From Burkholderiales bacterium (GTDB lineage: Bacteria > Pseudomonadota > Gammaproteobacteria > Burkholderiales > Burkholderiaceae_D): a DNA stretch of 64,000 nucleotides. Below are positions 18,865 through 28,196 of this stretch, one piece after another (the first letter of the stretch is position 1; each line of letters starts with the position of its first letter). The notes beneath the pieces are model-generated. The model made no database searches. It was not told where the DNA came from and saw only the letters and a list, made by a program, of their open reading frames with translations. Location: assembly GCA_038207625.1 (NCBI GenBank), contig JBBQZO010000005.1, forward strand, positions 20,247 through 84,246. The letters run 5' to 3'. The translations under genes and the position numbers were made by a program.

Positions 18865-19146
18865 CGGCGTGGCGGCGATCAGCACGATGGGGATATTGGG
18901 TACCGCGCGAAACAGGGTACCGAAGGCCGCGCTACCCACGCTGTCAGGCAGCGTCACATCGACCAGCACGATATCGACGCCACCGTGGCGCAGGCGGCAC
19001 ATTCCGGCCGCCTGCGTGGCGGCGTGCGTCACCGAAAACGGCGCATCCTTGGCGCCTGCACGCAAGGCTTTGCGCAGCGCTCCGGTATCGTCGGCATTGC
19101 TGTCGATAATCAATACCCTGAAGCTGGACCCGCCGATAGTCTCCAT
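18841..19146 (-). CDS. single-domain response regulator receiver (CheY-like)
   Basis: Start METIGG. 'VLIIDSNADD...DIVLVDVTLPD' carries the phospho-acceptor Asp signature. Confidence 0.7.
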   Translation of the reverse strand: METIGGSSFRVLIIDSNADDTGALRKALRAGAKDAPFSVTHAATQAAGMCRLRHGGVDIVLVDVTLPDSVGSAAFGTLFRAVPNIPIVLIAATPLDWRRPC

Positions 19147-19381
19147 GACGCCCGCGCATCGATCCGCGCTCCACAACGCTATTGTCTGAGCGTTCAGGTC
19201 GAGCGGCGATTCAAGCGGACACCCCGCGCAGCCTAGCCATTCGTGTGCCTGTATGACTGGCGCGCGGTAAAAAGATTCAGGCGCCGCCGGGGCCACGGGG
19301 CCACACTGTTGACAATCCAGCATTTGCGCGGCTGAGGTATATTCTTAATGCACGCACAACGCCTACAGACAGGAAATACCC

Positions 19382-19999
19382 ATGAACACGACACTTTCCG
19401 CTTGGACGCGCCGGGCCCGCCTGCTGTTGACCATTTGCGTGCTCGCGCCGCTGCTGTCGGCCTGCGGCTATAACCAGTTCCAGGGCAAGGACGAAGCCAT
19501 CAAGGCCGCCTGGGGTGAGGTAGTCAACCAGTATCAACGGCGCGCCGACCTGATCCCCAATCTGGTCAATACCGTCAAGGGCTATGCGGCGCACGAAAAG
19601 GACACGCTCGAAGCGGTCACGCGTGCGCGCGCCGCCGCGACCAGTTTCCAGATCACGCCAGAAGTGTTGACCAACCCGGCTGCGCTGCAAAAATTCCAGC
19701 AGGTGCAAGGCGAGCTGTCGTCGGCGCTGTCACGCCTGATGGCGGTGTCGGAAAACTATCCGAACCTGAAGGCCGACACCAGTTTTCGCGACCTGCAATC
19801 CCAACTGGAGGGCACCGAAAACCGCATCACCGTCGCGCGTCAGCGCTACATCGTCGCGGTACAGGAATACAACGTGCTCACGCGCAGCTTTCCGACCAAT
19901 CTGACGGCGCGGATGTTCGGCTATCAGGTCAAACCGTCATTTACGGTCGAGAACGAAAAAGCCATTTCGACGGCCCCGAGCGTCAATTTCGGCAAATGA
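19382..19999 (+). CDS. lemA: LemA family protein
   Basis: 205 aa with N-terminal TM/lipobox region and LemA motifs (NQYQRRADLIPNLV, ENYPNLKA). Confidence 0.85.
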   Translation: MNTTLSAWTRRARLLLTICVLAPLLSACGYNQFQGKDEAIKAAWGEVVNQYQRRADLIPNLVNTVKGYAAHEKDTLEAVTRARAAATSFQITPEVLTNPAALQKFQQVQGELSSALSRLMAVSENYPNLKADTSFRDLQSQLEGTENRITVARQRYIVAVQEYNVLTRSFPTNLTARMFGYQVKPSFTVENEKAISTAPSVNFGK

Positions 20000-20000
20000 G

Positions 20001-20783
20001 ATGACTGCGCCGCGCTTTCTGCTGGCCCTGCTGTTCGCCCTGCTGACGGGCGTGGTTCAGGCGCAACTGGCGCCGGTGCCACCGTTGACGTCCCACCTCA
20101 CCGATCAGGCCCACTTGCTCGACGCCCAGCAGCACGGCCAGCTTGAGGCGCTGCTGGCCGACTACGAAGCGAAGACCGGCAGCCAGATCGCGGTGTTGCT
20201 GGTCGATAGCAGCGCGCCCGAGGCGATCGAGCAGTACAGCATCCGCGTCACCGACGCCTGGAAGCTGGGCCGCAAAGGCGTCGACGACGGCGTGTTGCTG
20301 CTGGTGGCCAAGAACAATCCGCCCGCGCTGCGCCGCCTGCGCATCGAGGCCGGGCGCGGCGTGCAGGGCGTGCTGACGGACGCGCAATCGAAACGCATCC
20401 TGCAAGACGTGATCGCGCCGCATTTCCGCCAGAACGACTACGCAGGCGGCCTGACCGCCGGGGTCGGCGCGATCGCCAGCTTGCTCAACGCGGAGAAATT
20501 CCCGCCCGCCCCGCAGGCTCGGGGCGGCTCATCCGACAATAACGGCGGCGGCTGGGTGTTTCTGGCGTTTGTGGCCTTCATCCTGATGTCGCTGTTTCGC
20601 TCCGGCGGGCGGCGCCAGCTCGGCCATGGCGGCTGGGCCAGCGGCGCGGCCGGCTTCATTATCGGCAGCGCGCTGGGCGGCATGCGCGGTGGCGGGGGCG
20701 GGGGTGGCGGTTTTGGCGGCGGTGGCGGCATGTCGGGCGGCGGCGGCGGCTTTGACGGCGGCGGCGCCTCGGGAGACTGGTGA
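20001..20783 (+). CDS. TPM-domain protein (YgcG-like) with Gly-rich C-terminus
   Basis: Signal peptide, then a TPM phosphatase fold region, a TM segment and a GGGGGGGFGGGGG tail. Immediately follows lemA. Confidence 0.8.
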   Translation: MTAPRFLLALLFALLTGVVQAQLAPVPPLTSHLTDQAHLLDAQQHGQLEALLADYEAKTGSQIAVLLVDSSAPEAIEQYSIRVTDAWKLGRKGVDDGVLLLVAKNNPPALRRLRIEAGRGVQGVLTDAQSKRILQDVIAPHFRQNDYAGGLTAGVGAIASLLNAEKFPPAPQARGGSSDNNGGGWVFLAFVAFILMSLFRSGGRRQLGHGGWASGAAGFIIGSALGGMRGGGGGGGGFGGGGGMSGGGGGFDGGGASGDW

Positions 20784-21301
20784 TGACGGCGTCGACACTT
20801 CTACAGCGCGCGCGCCGCCTGCTGCGCCACTGGGGCAGCAGCAGGCGCGCCGCCTTGCGCGCCTTTCCTGCCGCGACGCTGCAGGCGATCGAGGCGGCCA
20901 TCAGCGCCGGCGAGCAGATCCACCGCGCCGAGCTGCGCCTGATCGTCGAGACGGCGCTGCCGTCTGAGGCGCTCTGGCACGACGTCAGCAACCGCCAGCG
21001 CGCGCTGGCGCTGTTCGCCGAACATGCCATCTGGGACACCGAGGAAAACTGCGGCATCCTCATCTACCTGAACCTGGCCGAGCGCAAGGTCGACATCGTG
21101 GCCGACCGCGCGGTGGCGCGCAAGATCAGCGCCCAGCAGTGGCAGGATGTGTGCCGCACGATGACTGACGGCTTCGCCCAGCAACGCTTCCACGACAGCG
21201 TGCTGGCGGCAATCGGCCAGCTCAATGAGCTGTTGCGCAGCCATTATCCGGCTGGCGCGCCGCGCGCCAACCAGTTGCCCGACCAGATCATCATGCTCTA
21301 G
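20780..21301 (+). CDS. TPM-domain protein (second gene of the LemA-TPM-TPM operon)
   Basis: The start overlaps the previous stop. 173 aa. Confidence 0.65.
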   Translation: MMTASTLLQRARRLLRHWGSSRRAALRAFPAATLQAIEAAISAGEQIHRAELRLIVETALPSEALWHDVSNRQRALALFAEHAIWDTEENCGILIYLNLAERKVDIVADRAVARKISAQQWQDVCRTMTDGFAQQRFHDSVLAAIGQLNELLRSHYPAGAPRANQLPDQIIML

Positions 21302-21428
21302 GCCGATCTAGGGCGGCGCGCAAAAAAGCCACCGGACACGCGCAGTCTGGTTAAAATTCGCTATTGCCCGTGCCGCGCCGTTGGGCGCGCAGGACCGACT
21401 AACCGACCATATTGAAAGAACGCGCATC

Positions 21429-22196
21429 ATGAGATTAGCCCAACAAGTAGCGATCGTTACCGGAGCCACCCAGGGCATCGGCCTGGCCTGCGCCCAACGT
21501 CTGGTGCAAGAAGGCGCGCGCGTCATGCTGGTCGACATCAAGCCCGAGGGCGTGGCCGCCGCCGAGGCGCTGGGCGAATCGGCGCGCTTCTTCACCGCCG
21601 ACGTCAGCCAGAAAAGCGATGTCGACGCGATGGTCGCGGCCACGCTGACCGCGTTCGGGCGCATCGACATTTTGATCAACAACGCCGGCGTGACCCACGC
21701 GGCCGACTTCCTCGACCTGCATGAGGACGACTTCGACCGCGTGCTGCGCATCAATCTGAAATCGATGTTCCTGTGCGGCCAGGCGGTGGCGCGCGACATG
21801 GTCAAACGCCAGAGCGGCGGCTGCATCATCAATATGTCGAGCGTAAACGCCGAACTGGCGATCCCCAACCAGGTGCCCTACGTGGTCTCGAAAGGCGGCA
21901 TCAACCAGCTCACCAAGGTGATGGCGCTGAACCTGGCGCCGCATGGCATCCGCGTCAACGGCATCGGTCCCGGCACCATCCTCACCGAACTGGCCAAGAA
22001 GGCCGTGCTGTCGAGCCCGGAGGCGCGCCACACCATCCTGTCGCGCACCCCGATGGGGCGCTGCGGCGAACCGGAAGAAGTGGCCTCGATTGCCGCCTTC
22101 CTGGCCAGCAGCGACGCGTCCTACATGACCGGCCAGACCATGTACGTCGATGGCGGGCGCATGGCGCTGAACTACACCGTCCCGGTCAAGGCATGA
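21429..22196 (+). CDS. SDR-family oxidoreductase
   Basis: 'VAIVTGATQGIGLA' Rossmann motif, NNAG, and catalytic YxxxK ('YVVSKGG'). Confidence 0.85.
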   Translation: MRLAQQVAIVTGATQGIGLACAQRLVQEGARVMLVDIKPEGVAAAEALGESARFFTADVSQKSDVDAMVAATLTAFGRIDILINNAGVTHAADFLDLHEDDFDRVLRINLKSMFLCGQAVARDMVKRQSGGCIINMSSVNAELAIPNQVPYVVSKGGINQLTKVMALNLAPHGIRVNGIGPGTILTELAKKAVLSSPEARHTILSRTPMGRCGEPEEVASIAAFLASSDASYMTGQTMYVDGGRMALNYTVPVKA

Positions 22197-22666
22197 GTGA
22201 CGGGGCAAAACCGGCGCGCCAGGTCGACATGATGGCACTGGAAAACCAGTTTTGCTTCGCGCTGTACTCGGCGTCGCATGCGATGACGCGCACCTACAAG
22301 CCGCTGCTGGACCGGCTCGGCCTGACCTATCCGCAGTACCTGGTGATGCTGGTGCTGTGGCAGCAGGACGATATCCTGGTCAAGGACATCGGTGCGCGCC
22401 TGTTCCTCGACTCCGGCACGTTGACGCCCCTGCTCAAGCGCCTCGAAGCGGCCGGCTTGCTGGCGCGCACCCGCGACCCGCACGACGAACGCCAGGTGCG
22501 CATCGTGCTGTCGCCGGCCGGCCAGGCGCTCAAAAAAGCGGCGCAGGCGATACCCGAGCAGGTGCTGTGCGCGAGCGGCCAGCAAATGAGCGAACTGGGA
22601 CGCTTGCGCAAGGAGCTAACGACCGTGCGCGACGATCTGTTCAAGTCCCAGGACGCCGCCGTCTGA
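22193..22666 (+). CDS. ohrR: MarR-family regulator, OhrR-like
   Basis: 157 aa. Conserved reactive Cys near the N-terminus ('QFCFALY'), winged helix, lies directly upstream of ohr. ATGA start/stop overlap with the SDR gene. Confidence 0.8.
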   Translation: MSDGAKPARQVDMMALENQFCFALYSASHAMTRTYKPLLDRLGLTYPQYLVMLVLWQQDDILVKDIGARLFLDSGTLTPLLKRLEAAGLLARTRDPHDERQVRIVLSPAGQALKKAAQAIPEQVLCASGQQMSELGRLRKELTTVRDDLFKSQDAAV

Positions 22667-22863
22667 CGCCCGGCCGGGGTGCGCGCCTGCGCACCGGCCC
22701 CGACCTGGGACGTATCCGTAGCAAGCACCAGCCTTGGGCGCCGCGCGCACGTGCGTATGTGCCCCGTGCCACAGCATCGCGCACTTGCCTGTACGCCCGG
22801 TGCCACAGCATCGCGCACCAGCCCGCACAAGGAACCCGATCGCTTCGATAGAGTAATTCAATT

Positions 22864-22884
22864 GCACACAATTAAATTGTGCGC
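22864..22884 (+). promoter_or_regulatory. OhrR-type operator (AT-rich inverted repeat) in the ohr promoter
   Basis: GCACACAATT-A-AATTGTGCGC palindrome, with an adjacent CAATTG, 55 bp upstream of ohr. Confidence 0.6.
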
Positions 22885-22939
22885 TATAGTTCATTCATCG
22901 GCAGACGACTGCCGCTCAAACACACCGACAGGAACCATC

Positions 22940-23362
<423 letters not shown>

Positions 23363-23531
23363 GCCGTGCCGGCGCGCGCCGGCGCGTCGCCCCCGGTCGC
23401 TGGCGAGGCGCCAGCGGCGCGGGAAGATATTCGCACTTAATATGTCTGGTATGCAATTAAACAATTAGACGAATATGTGGCGATGCAGCATAATGCATCT
23501 GTCTCCACTATTCTCCTCCAAGAAAATAGTT

Positions 23532-23561
23532 TTAGCCCGCTTTCACCAGCGGGCTTTTTTT
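23532..23561 (+). terminator. rho-independent terminator
   Basis: agcccgct-ttcacc-agcgggct followed by T8. Confidence 0.75.
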
Positions 23562-23961
23562 TGTCTGCAGCGCGTCTTCTTGCGCGTCGCGCGTTGCACC
23601 CTCGCACGGCAGAACCGACTGACCGATGCGCACCGGCGGTCACATGGGCGGCACAATGCGGCGCCACAGGCAAGGCCTCGCTTGCCACCATTGTGCTGAT
23701 TTGCAGGGTTAAGTCCCGCAGGAAATAGTTTCATTGGCAACAACACATTCTTTGCGCTGTGTCATAGCCTGGACACATTCACTCCCTATACTTCATACAT
23801 CTGCCATACATGCAACCGATATGCGTGATCGCAGCCAGGTGTGTCGACCGTCATTACGGCGGCACACCAACCATATTTCCTGCCCGCGCGTGAACATCGC
23901 GTGCTTGCAGTTTGCCAAGACGCGGCGATGTTGCGCGCCGCGTGGATCAGTTTTGGGTTTG

Positions 23962-23993
23962 TGCCCGCTCTCGTTAGCGGGCATTTTTTTTTT
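23962..23993 (+). terminator. rho-independent terminator
   Basis: tgcccgct-ctcgtt-agcgggca followed by T9. Confidence 0.75.
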
Positions 23994-24148
23994 GCTCGAT
24001 CGTGAAATCTTTGCGCAATCTCGGAACTTTTTTACCCGCTATTTAATCTACATCAAGACGCGCTGCCGAACCGCTTGCACGGCAGCGTATCTTGACTATG
24101 ATGAATATCCGGGTGTGAATTTTCCCTCCAGCGAACTTGGGAGCAGTG

Positions 24149-24472
24149 ATGGATCCAACTTTCCTTGAACCAACATCGAGCAACGAGCAACATGCACATT
24201 TACACCGCCGTCTTAATGACGAGCAACCGGCCCGGCTGATCTTGCAGGAGATTGATGCCGGCACCGTCATCGACCACACCGACGCCGACAGCCAGACCTG
24301 CGAAATCATCACCTTTGGCAGCGTGCGCGAGACTTGCCCGAAGTGTCAGGACAGTCACCTGAAACTGGTTTTGCGCCAACAAAATGTGCGTCTAGCCCAC
24401 CTATTCTGCCCCACCTGCGCCAGCTGTTTTGATGCCCACTACGCTGACGGCGCCGCAGCCCTGACGATCTGA
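24149..24472 (+). CDS. small zinc-ribbon protein (hypothetical)
   Basis: MDPTFLEP with gggag RBS. CPKC...CPTC Cys4 motif. Confidence 0.45.
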   Translation: MDPTFLEPTSSNEQHAHLHRRLNDEQPARLILQEIDAGTVIDHTDADSQTCEIITFGSVRETCPKCQDSHLKLVLRQQNVRLAHLFCPTCASCFDAHYADGAAALTI

Positions 24473-24575
24473 ACCAACTCCCCGGCAACGGGCCGGCCCA
24501 GTCCGGTGCCGCGGGTGTCGCCGATATATGGCGATCATGGTATTGTTGCGTCCCCTACGCCCCTCCACACCACTT

Positions 24576-24965
24576 ATGCGCGCGCTGTATTCTTTCATCG
24601 TTCTCGATCAAAAATTTCGACTGCTACGCCATCGCTGCGCCTACGCGATGTTTCTGGCGATCATAGTGATCGGCTCGATCCCGGGCGCGCGCAGCGATAT
24701 CGCCGAAATCGGCTCTGGCCTGGTGTTGCACTCGGTGGCCTACGCAACCATCGCCTTCCTGCTGTTTACCGGTAGCCACGCCAGTCCCCCTCGACGTGCA
24801 CTCAAAGCGGTATTGACGGTAGCGGCGATGGGCGCCATTGACGAGTTCATCCAAACTTTCCTGCCGTATCGCCACGGCGCGGTACTCGACTGGCTGGTCG
24901 ACTGCAACGCGGCGCTGCTGATGTCGGCCCTGCTGTGGAGCATCTGGCCCAAACGCGGCCAATAA
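24576..24965 (+). CDS. VanZ-family membrane protein
   Basis: Start MRALYSFIV. 4 TM segments with 'DEFIQ' motif. Confidence 0.55.
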   Translation: MRALYSFIVLDQKFRLLRHRCAYAMFLAIIVIGSIPGARSDIAEIGSGLVLHSVAYATIAFLLFTGSHASPPRRALKAVLTVAAMGAIDEFIQTFLPYRHGAVLDWLVDCNAALLMSALLWSIWPKRGQ

Positions 24966-24981
24966 ACAGCTGGGCGCTGAT

Positions 24982-25272
24982 TCAAACCGTATCATCGTCC
25001 AGATCGAACTCAAACTGTTGTTGCAGTCCGTTGCTTCTGCAGGCAACCCGCTTGAGCAGGATCTTGGCGTGGTGGCGACTAAACGTCATGGCCGCTGTGC
25101 CTGTCATCTTTTCAACGTTGGCGCGCATTTCGGCCATCTGCTCGATGCGCGCCTGGCGCGCCAAGCCATGCAATGCCTGGCGCAGCACGTATTGTTCGCG
25201 CGTACTCATCCCCTCCCCTTGCGTGGCGTGAATCAAGTCTTCGATTATTTTCTCAGTTGAGCTAATTTGCAT
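24982..25272 (-). CDS. hypothetical protein
   Basis: 96-aa ORF in a low-GC stretch. Confidence 0.35.
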   Translation of the reverse strand: MQISSTEKIIEDLIHATQGEGMSTREQYVLRQALHGLARQARIEQMAEMRANVEKMTGTAAMTFSRHHAKILLKRVACRSNGLQQQFEFDLDDDTV

Positions 25273-25289
25273 GTCTTTTTCCTAAGTCG

Positions 25290-25502
25290 TTACCAGGAAA
25301 AATTATTGCTGAATCGGATATCCCCATTCTTGAGATATATCAACGGATACCTCGCTACCGCATCAGGAAACTGGTGGCCGGTGAATTGTTGCGCATAGTG
25401 CACGCGCGGGCCGCGAAAGACAAACTTTTCAAGCGCTGCCTTGATCTGGCTCAGTCCATGCCCAGCCCACGCGGAACGTCGCGTCCACAACGGCATTCCC
25501 AT
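25290..25502 (-). CDS. hypothetical small protein
   Basis: 70-aa ORF immediately upstream of the previous gene on the same strand. Confidence 0.3.
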   Translation of the reverse strand: MGMPLWTRRSAWAGHGLSQIKAALEKFVFRGPRVHYAQQFTGHQFPDAVARYPLIYLKNGDIRFSNNFSW

Positions 25503-25585
25503 GCTGATGCACTTGGCACGTCGTTTGTTATGATCATTGGTACAAGCATCGCTAGTCCCCGTAGCGCTGCCGCAGGGAGTCCATC

Positions 25586-25972
25586 ATGGAACGCACAATA
25601 CCAACCGGCTTATTGCTCGCTATGTGTTTCGGCACGCTGACAGCGTGTAGCTCGACCGACATAAACCGGGGCGGGGCGATGTCATCGAGCTCGACCATGG
25701 ATAGCGCGATGCCATCCTCCCAAAGCACGACGGGCGTGGTGCAGCAAATCGAGCAGGTGGCGCCCCAGAAGGCTGGCGTCGGTGCCGGCAGCGTCGCCAG
25801 CACCGACGTTGGTGGCACCGCACCCGCCTCGACCAGCACGGCCGACAGGATTTACCGCATCACCGTGCGTCTCGACGACGGCAGCAACCAGGTCGTCACC
25901 CAGCAGATCGCGCCGGATTTCCATAGCGGCGAGCGGATACGCATCGTGAACGGCGTCGCGCAGCGTTACTAG
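25586..25972 (+). CDS. lipoprotein (hypothetical)
   Basis: Lipobox LTAC after the signal peptide. Ser/Thr-rich linker. Confidence 0.6.
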   Translation: MERTIPTGLLLAMCFGTLTACSSTDINRGGAMSSSSTMDSAMPSSQSTTGVVQQIEQVAPQKAGVGAGSVASTDVGGTAPASTSTADRIYRITVRLDDGSNQVVTQQIAPDFHSGERIRIVNGVAQRY

Positions 25973-26335
25973 GGCAGGCGGCGCGGCTGGCGTCAGTGGA
26001 CTTGCGAGATCGGTCAGCAGATTTGCCCGATTTATCGGTAGACTTGCTCAACCTGCTAACCTTGTTGCAGGAACAGTGCTGGCAAGCCGTTTCCGATGGC
26101 AATGCATCGTGTGCCGCAGGGAAAGTCGGTCGGTGCAATGAAAGCGCCCGCCGCTGGTCCAACTCGCCAGCCGAGGGTGCTGGAGACGTCGCCCGGACAA
26201 CGCGGCGGCGCGGCGGCGCGGCGGAGACACATACCGCAGACCGCCCGCACTTGCTGAGCATCATAGGGCAATGCGCGCATCTTGCGCCCGTGCCGCGACC
26301 CGGCGCAGGGTACGGCACGGCGCGGCATCGACGCG

Positions 26336-27838
26336 CTACTTGGTCAGCTCGACCATCACCGCCGTATACATTTCCAGATTCAGCAGCAGCTGTTTGCGCG
26401 TGATGAACTCATGTTCCGAATGCCCCGTATAAACCGTGTGCGGCATGCCCGGCCCGAAACTGACCGCATTCGGAAACAGGCGCGAGTTGGTCGAGCCACC
26501 GATCGACACCGGCTGCGCATCCTTCACGCCGGTGAAGTGGGAAAACACCGACAACAGCGTAGCGACCTGCGGCGCACTGGTTTGCACCCACGGCTCGCCG
26601 ATCACGACCTTGATATCGGCCAGCGCCAGCCGGCGCGCCTGCCACTGCGCCAGCGCCGCGTTCACTTCGCTGGTCAACTGGGCACTGCTCTTGCCTTGCG
26701 GGCGGCGCAGATTGATGTTCAGCGTCAGGCCGGCGGCGCCCTGCTTGATGACGGTCGGTGCGAACGTCATCGGACCCATGAAACTGTCGCGATAGGCGAT
26801 CACGCCGAACTGTTCACCGTACAGTCCGGTGCCGATCATGTCGTTCAAAAAATTGACCAAGGCGCCGGCCGTGGTGTTGCTCCACGCAGTGACCTTGAGC
26901 GCGTCGGCCAGCATGCTGATCGCGTTCACTCCATCCTCCGGCTTGGACGAATGGGCCGACACGCCCAGCGCCGTCACCGTCAGGCGCTGCTGCTGGCGCT
27001 GAAACTGGTAGTGCATGCCGGTTTGCGCGCCGGCGCGCTGGCGGATCTGTGCCTCCAGCGCCGCATCGGCGTTGTCGATCGTGGCGCTGGCGTCCTCGGG
27101 AATCTGGCTGCCGAAGAAGCCGCCCGCAAAACTGACCAGGCTGGGCTGACCGGCCGCCACTTGCGCGGGCTGGGTCGGCACCGTCACGCTGACCGAGCCC
27201 CAGCCCTTTTCGGCCGTCACCACCGGGTACTCGGCGTCGAGCGTGATATTCATTGGCGGCGCCGGATGGGTCTTCAAGAAACGCTCCAACGGCGCCCAGT
27301 CCGATTCTTCGGCCAGGTAGACGTACAACTCAAGGCGCTTGTTCAGGCCCAGCTTCCTATCCTTGATCGCCTTCATCGCGAACAGCGCGGTGGCGATCGG
27401 CCCCTTGTCATCCTCGGTGCCGCGCCCGATCAAACGCCCCGGCTCGCTGCTTGCGTCAAGTTCGAACGGCGACTTGGCCCACTTGGCCGGATTGACCGGC
27501 TGCACGTCGCCGTGCGTGATGATGCCCACCCGTTCACTGCCCGTGCCCAGCCCGATCACCACCACGTAGCCGTAGTCGGTGTAGTCAAAACCAAGCCGGG
27601 CCGCCTCCGTCTTGAGCAGTTGTTTGAAACCCAGATGGGCGGGGCTGGCCTCGAAGGCGACAGCCGGATTGGCCACCGTATTGAAGCTGACCATCTTGGC
27701 CAGGCTGTCGAGCAGTGCGCCCTGATAGGTGTCGAGCGCGTAGCGTGCCGTGTCGATGGCCAGCGCGCTGGGCGCCGGATTGGCCGCCTGCACGGCAACG
27801 GGAAACAGCAGACAGGCAAGCGCGATTTTTCTGAGCAT
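26336..27838 (-). CDS. M20-family metallopeptidase (dipeptidase/CPG2-like), secreted
   Basis: Start MLRKIALACLLFPVAVQA (signal peptide). 'ITHGDVQP' and 'GRGTEDDKG' metal-binding motifs. Confidence 0.85.
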   Translation of the reverse strand: MLRKIALACLLFPVAVQAANPAPSALAIDTARYALDTYQGALLDSLAKMVSFNTVANPAVAFEASPAHLGFKQLLKTEAARLGFDYTDYGYVVVIGLGTGSERVGIITHGDVQPVNPAKWAKSPFELDASSEPGRLIGRGTEDDKGPIATALFAMKAIKDRKLGLNKRLELYVYLAEESDWAPLERFLKTHPAPPMNITLDAEYPVVTAEKGWGSVSVTVPTQPAQVAAGQPSLVSFAGGFFGSQIPEDASATIDNADAALEAQIRQRAGAQTGMHYQFQRQQQRLTVTALGVSAHSSKPEDGVNAISMLADALKVTAWSNTTAGALVNFLNDMIGTGLYGEQFGVIAYRDSFMGPMTFAPTVIKQGAAGLTLNINLRRPQGKSSAQLTSEVNAALAQWQARRLALADIKVVIGEPWVQTSAPQVATLLSVFSHFTGVKDAQPVSIGGSTNSRLFPNAVSFGPGMPHTVYTGHSEHEFITRKQLLLNLEMYTAVMVELTK

Positions 27839-28196
27839 GGCAAAATAATCCGTAGAAGCGCGTGGTGATCGCCTGGCCTTCACGCCGGATCGACCACGCA
27901 GTAGATTGACGGGCGGCGCAACATCGCACCAACACCCGCGCCGAGGCCGGCGCACAGGCGGGCCGAGTCTATCACAGGGGCCGCCGGCCGGCGCCAGGCG
28001 CCCGTGGCGCGATTGAACAAGTGCGCTGGCACATAAGCGCAATACCGCGGCCGGCCGGCTCTCTAAGCTATCCGAAAAACCCACGCCGACAGGCGGCGCG
28101 CGCTCCACAAGGGCAAGCCGCCGTCCTGTCGCACGCAGGGAAACACGTCGGCGCGTACGCGCCGGGAGACAGGCTTACCCATCATTTGAGACCACC

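Noticed and set aside
26282-27868. 528-aa + strand ORF
   Set aside because: Antisense shadow of the M20 peptidase gene, with no recognisable motifs.
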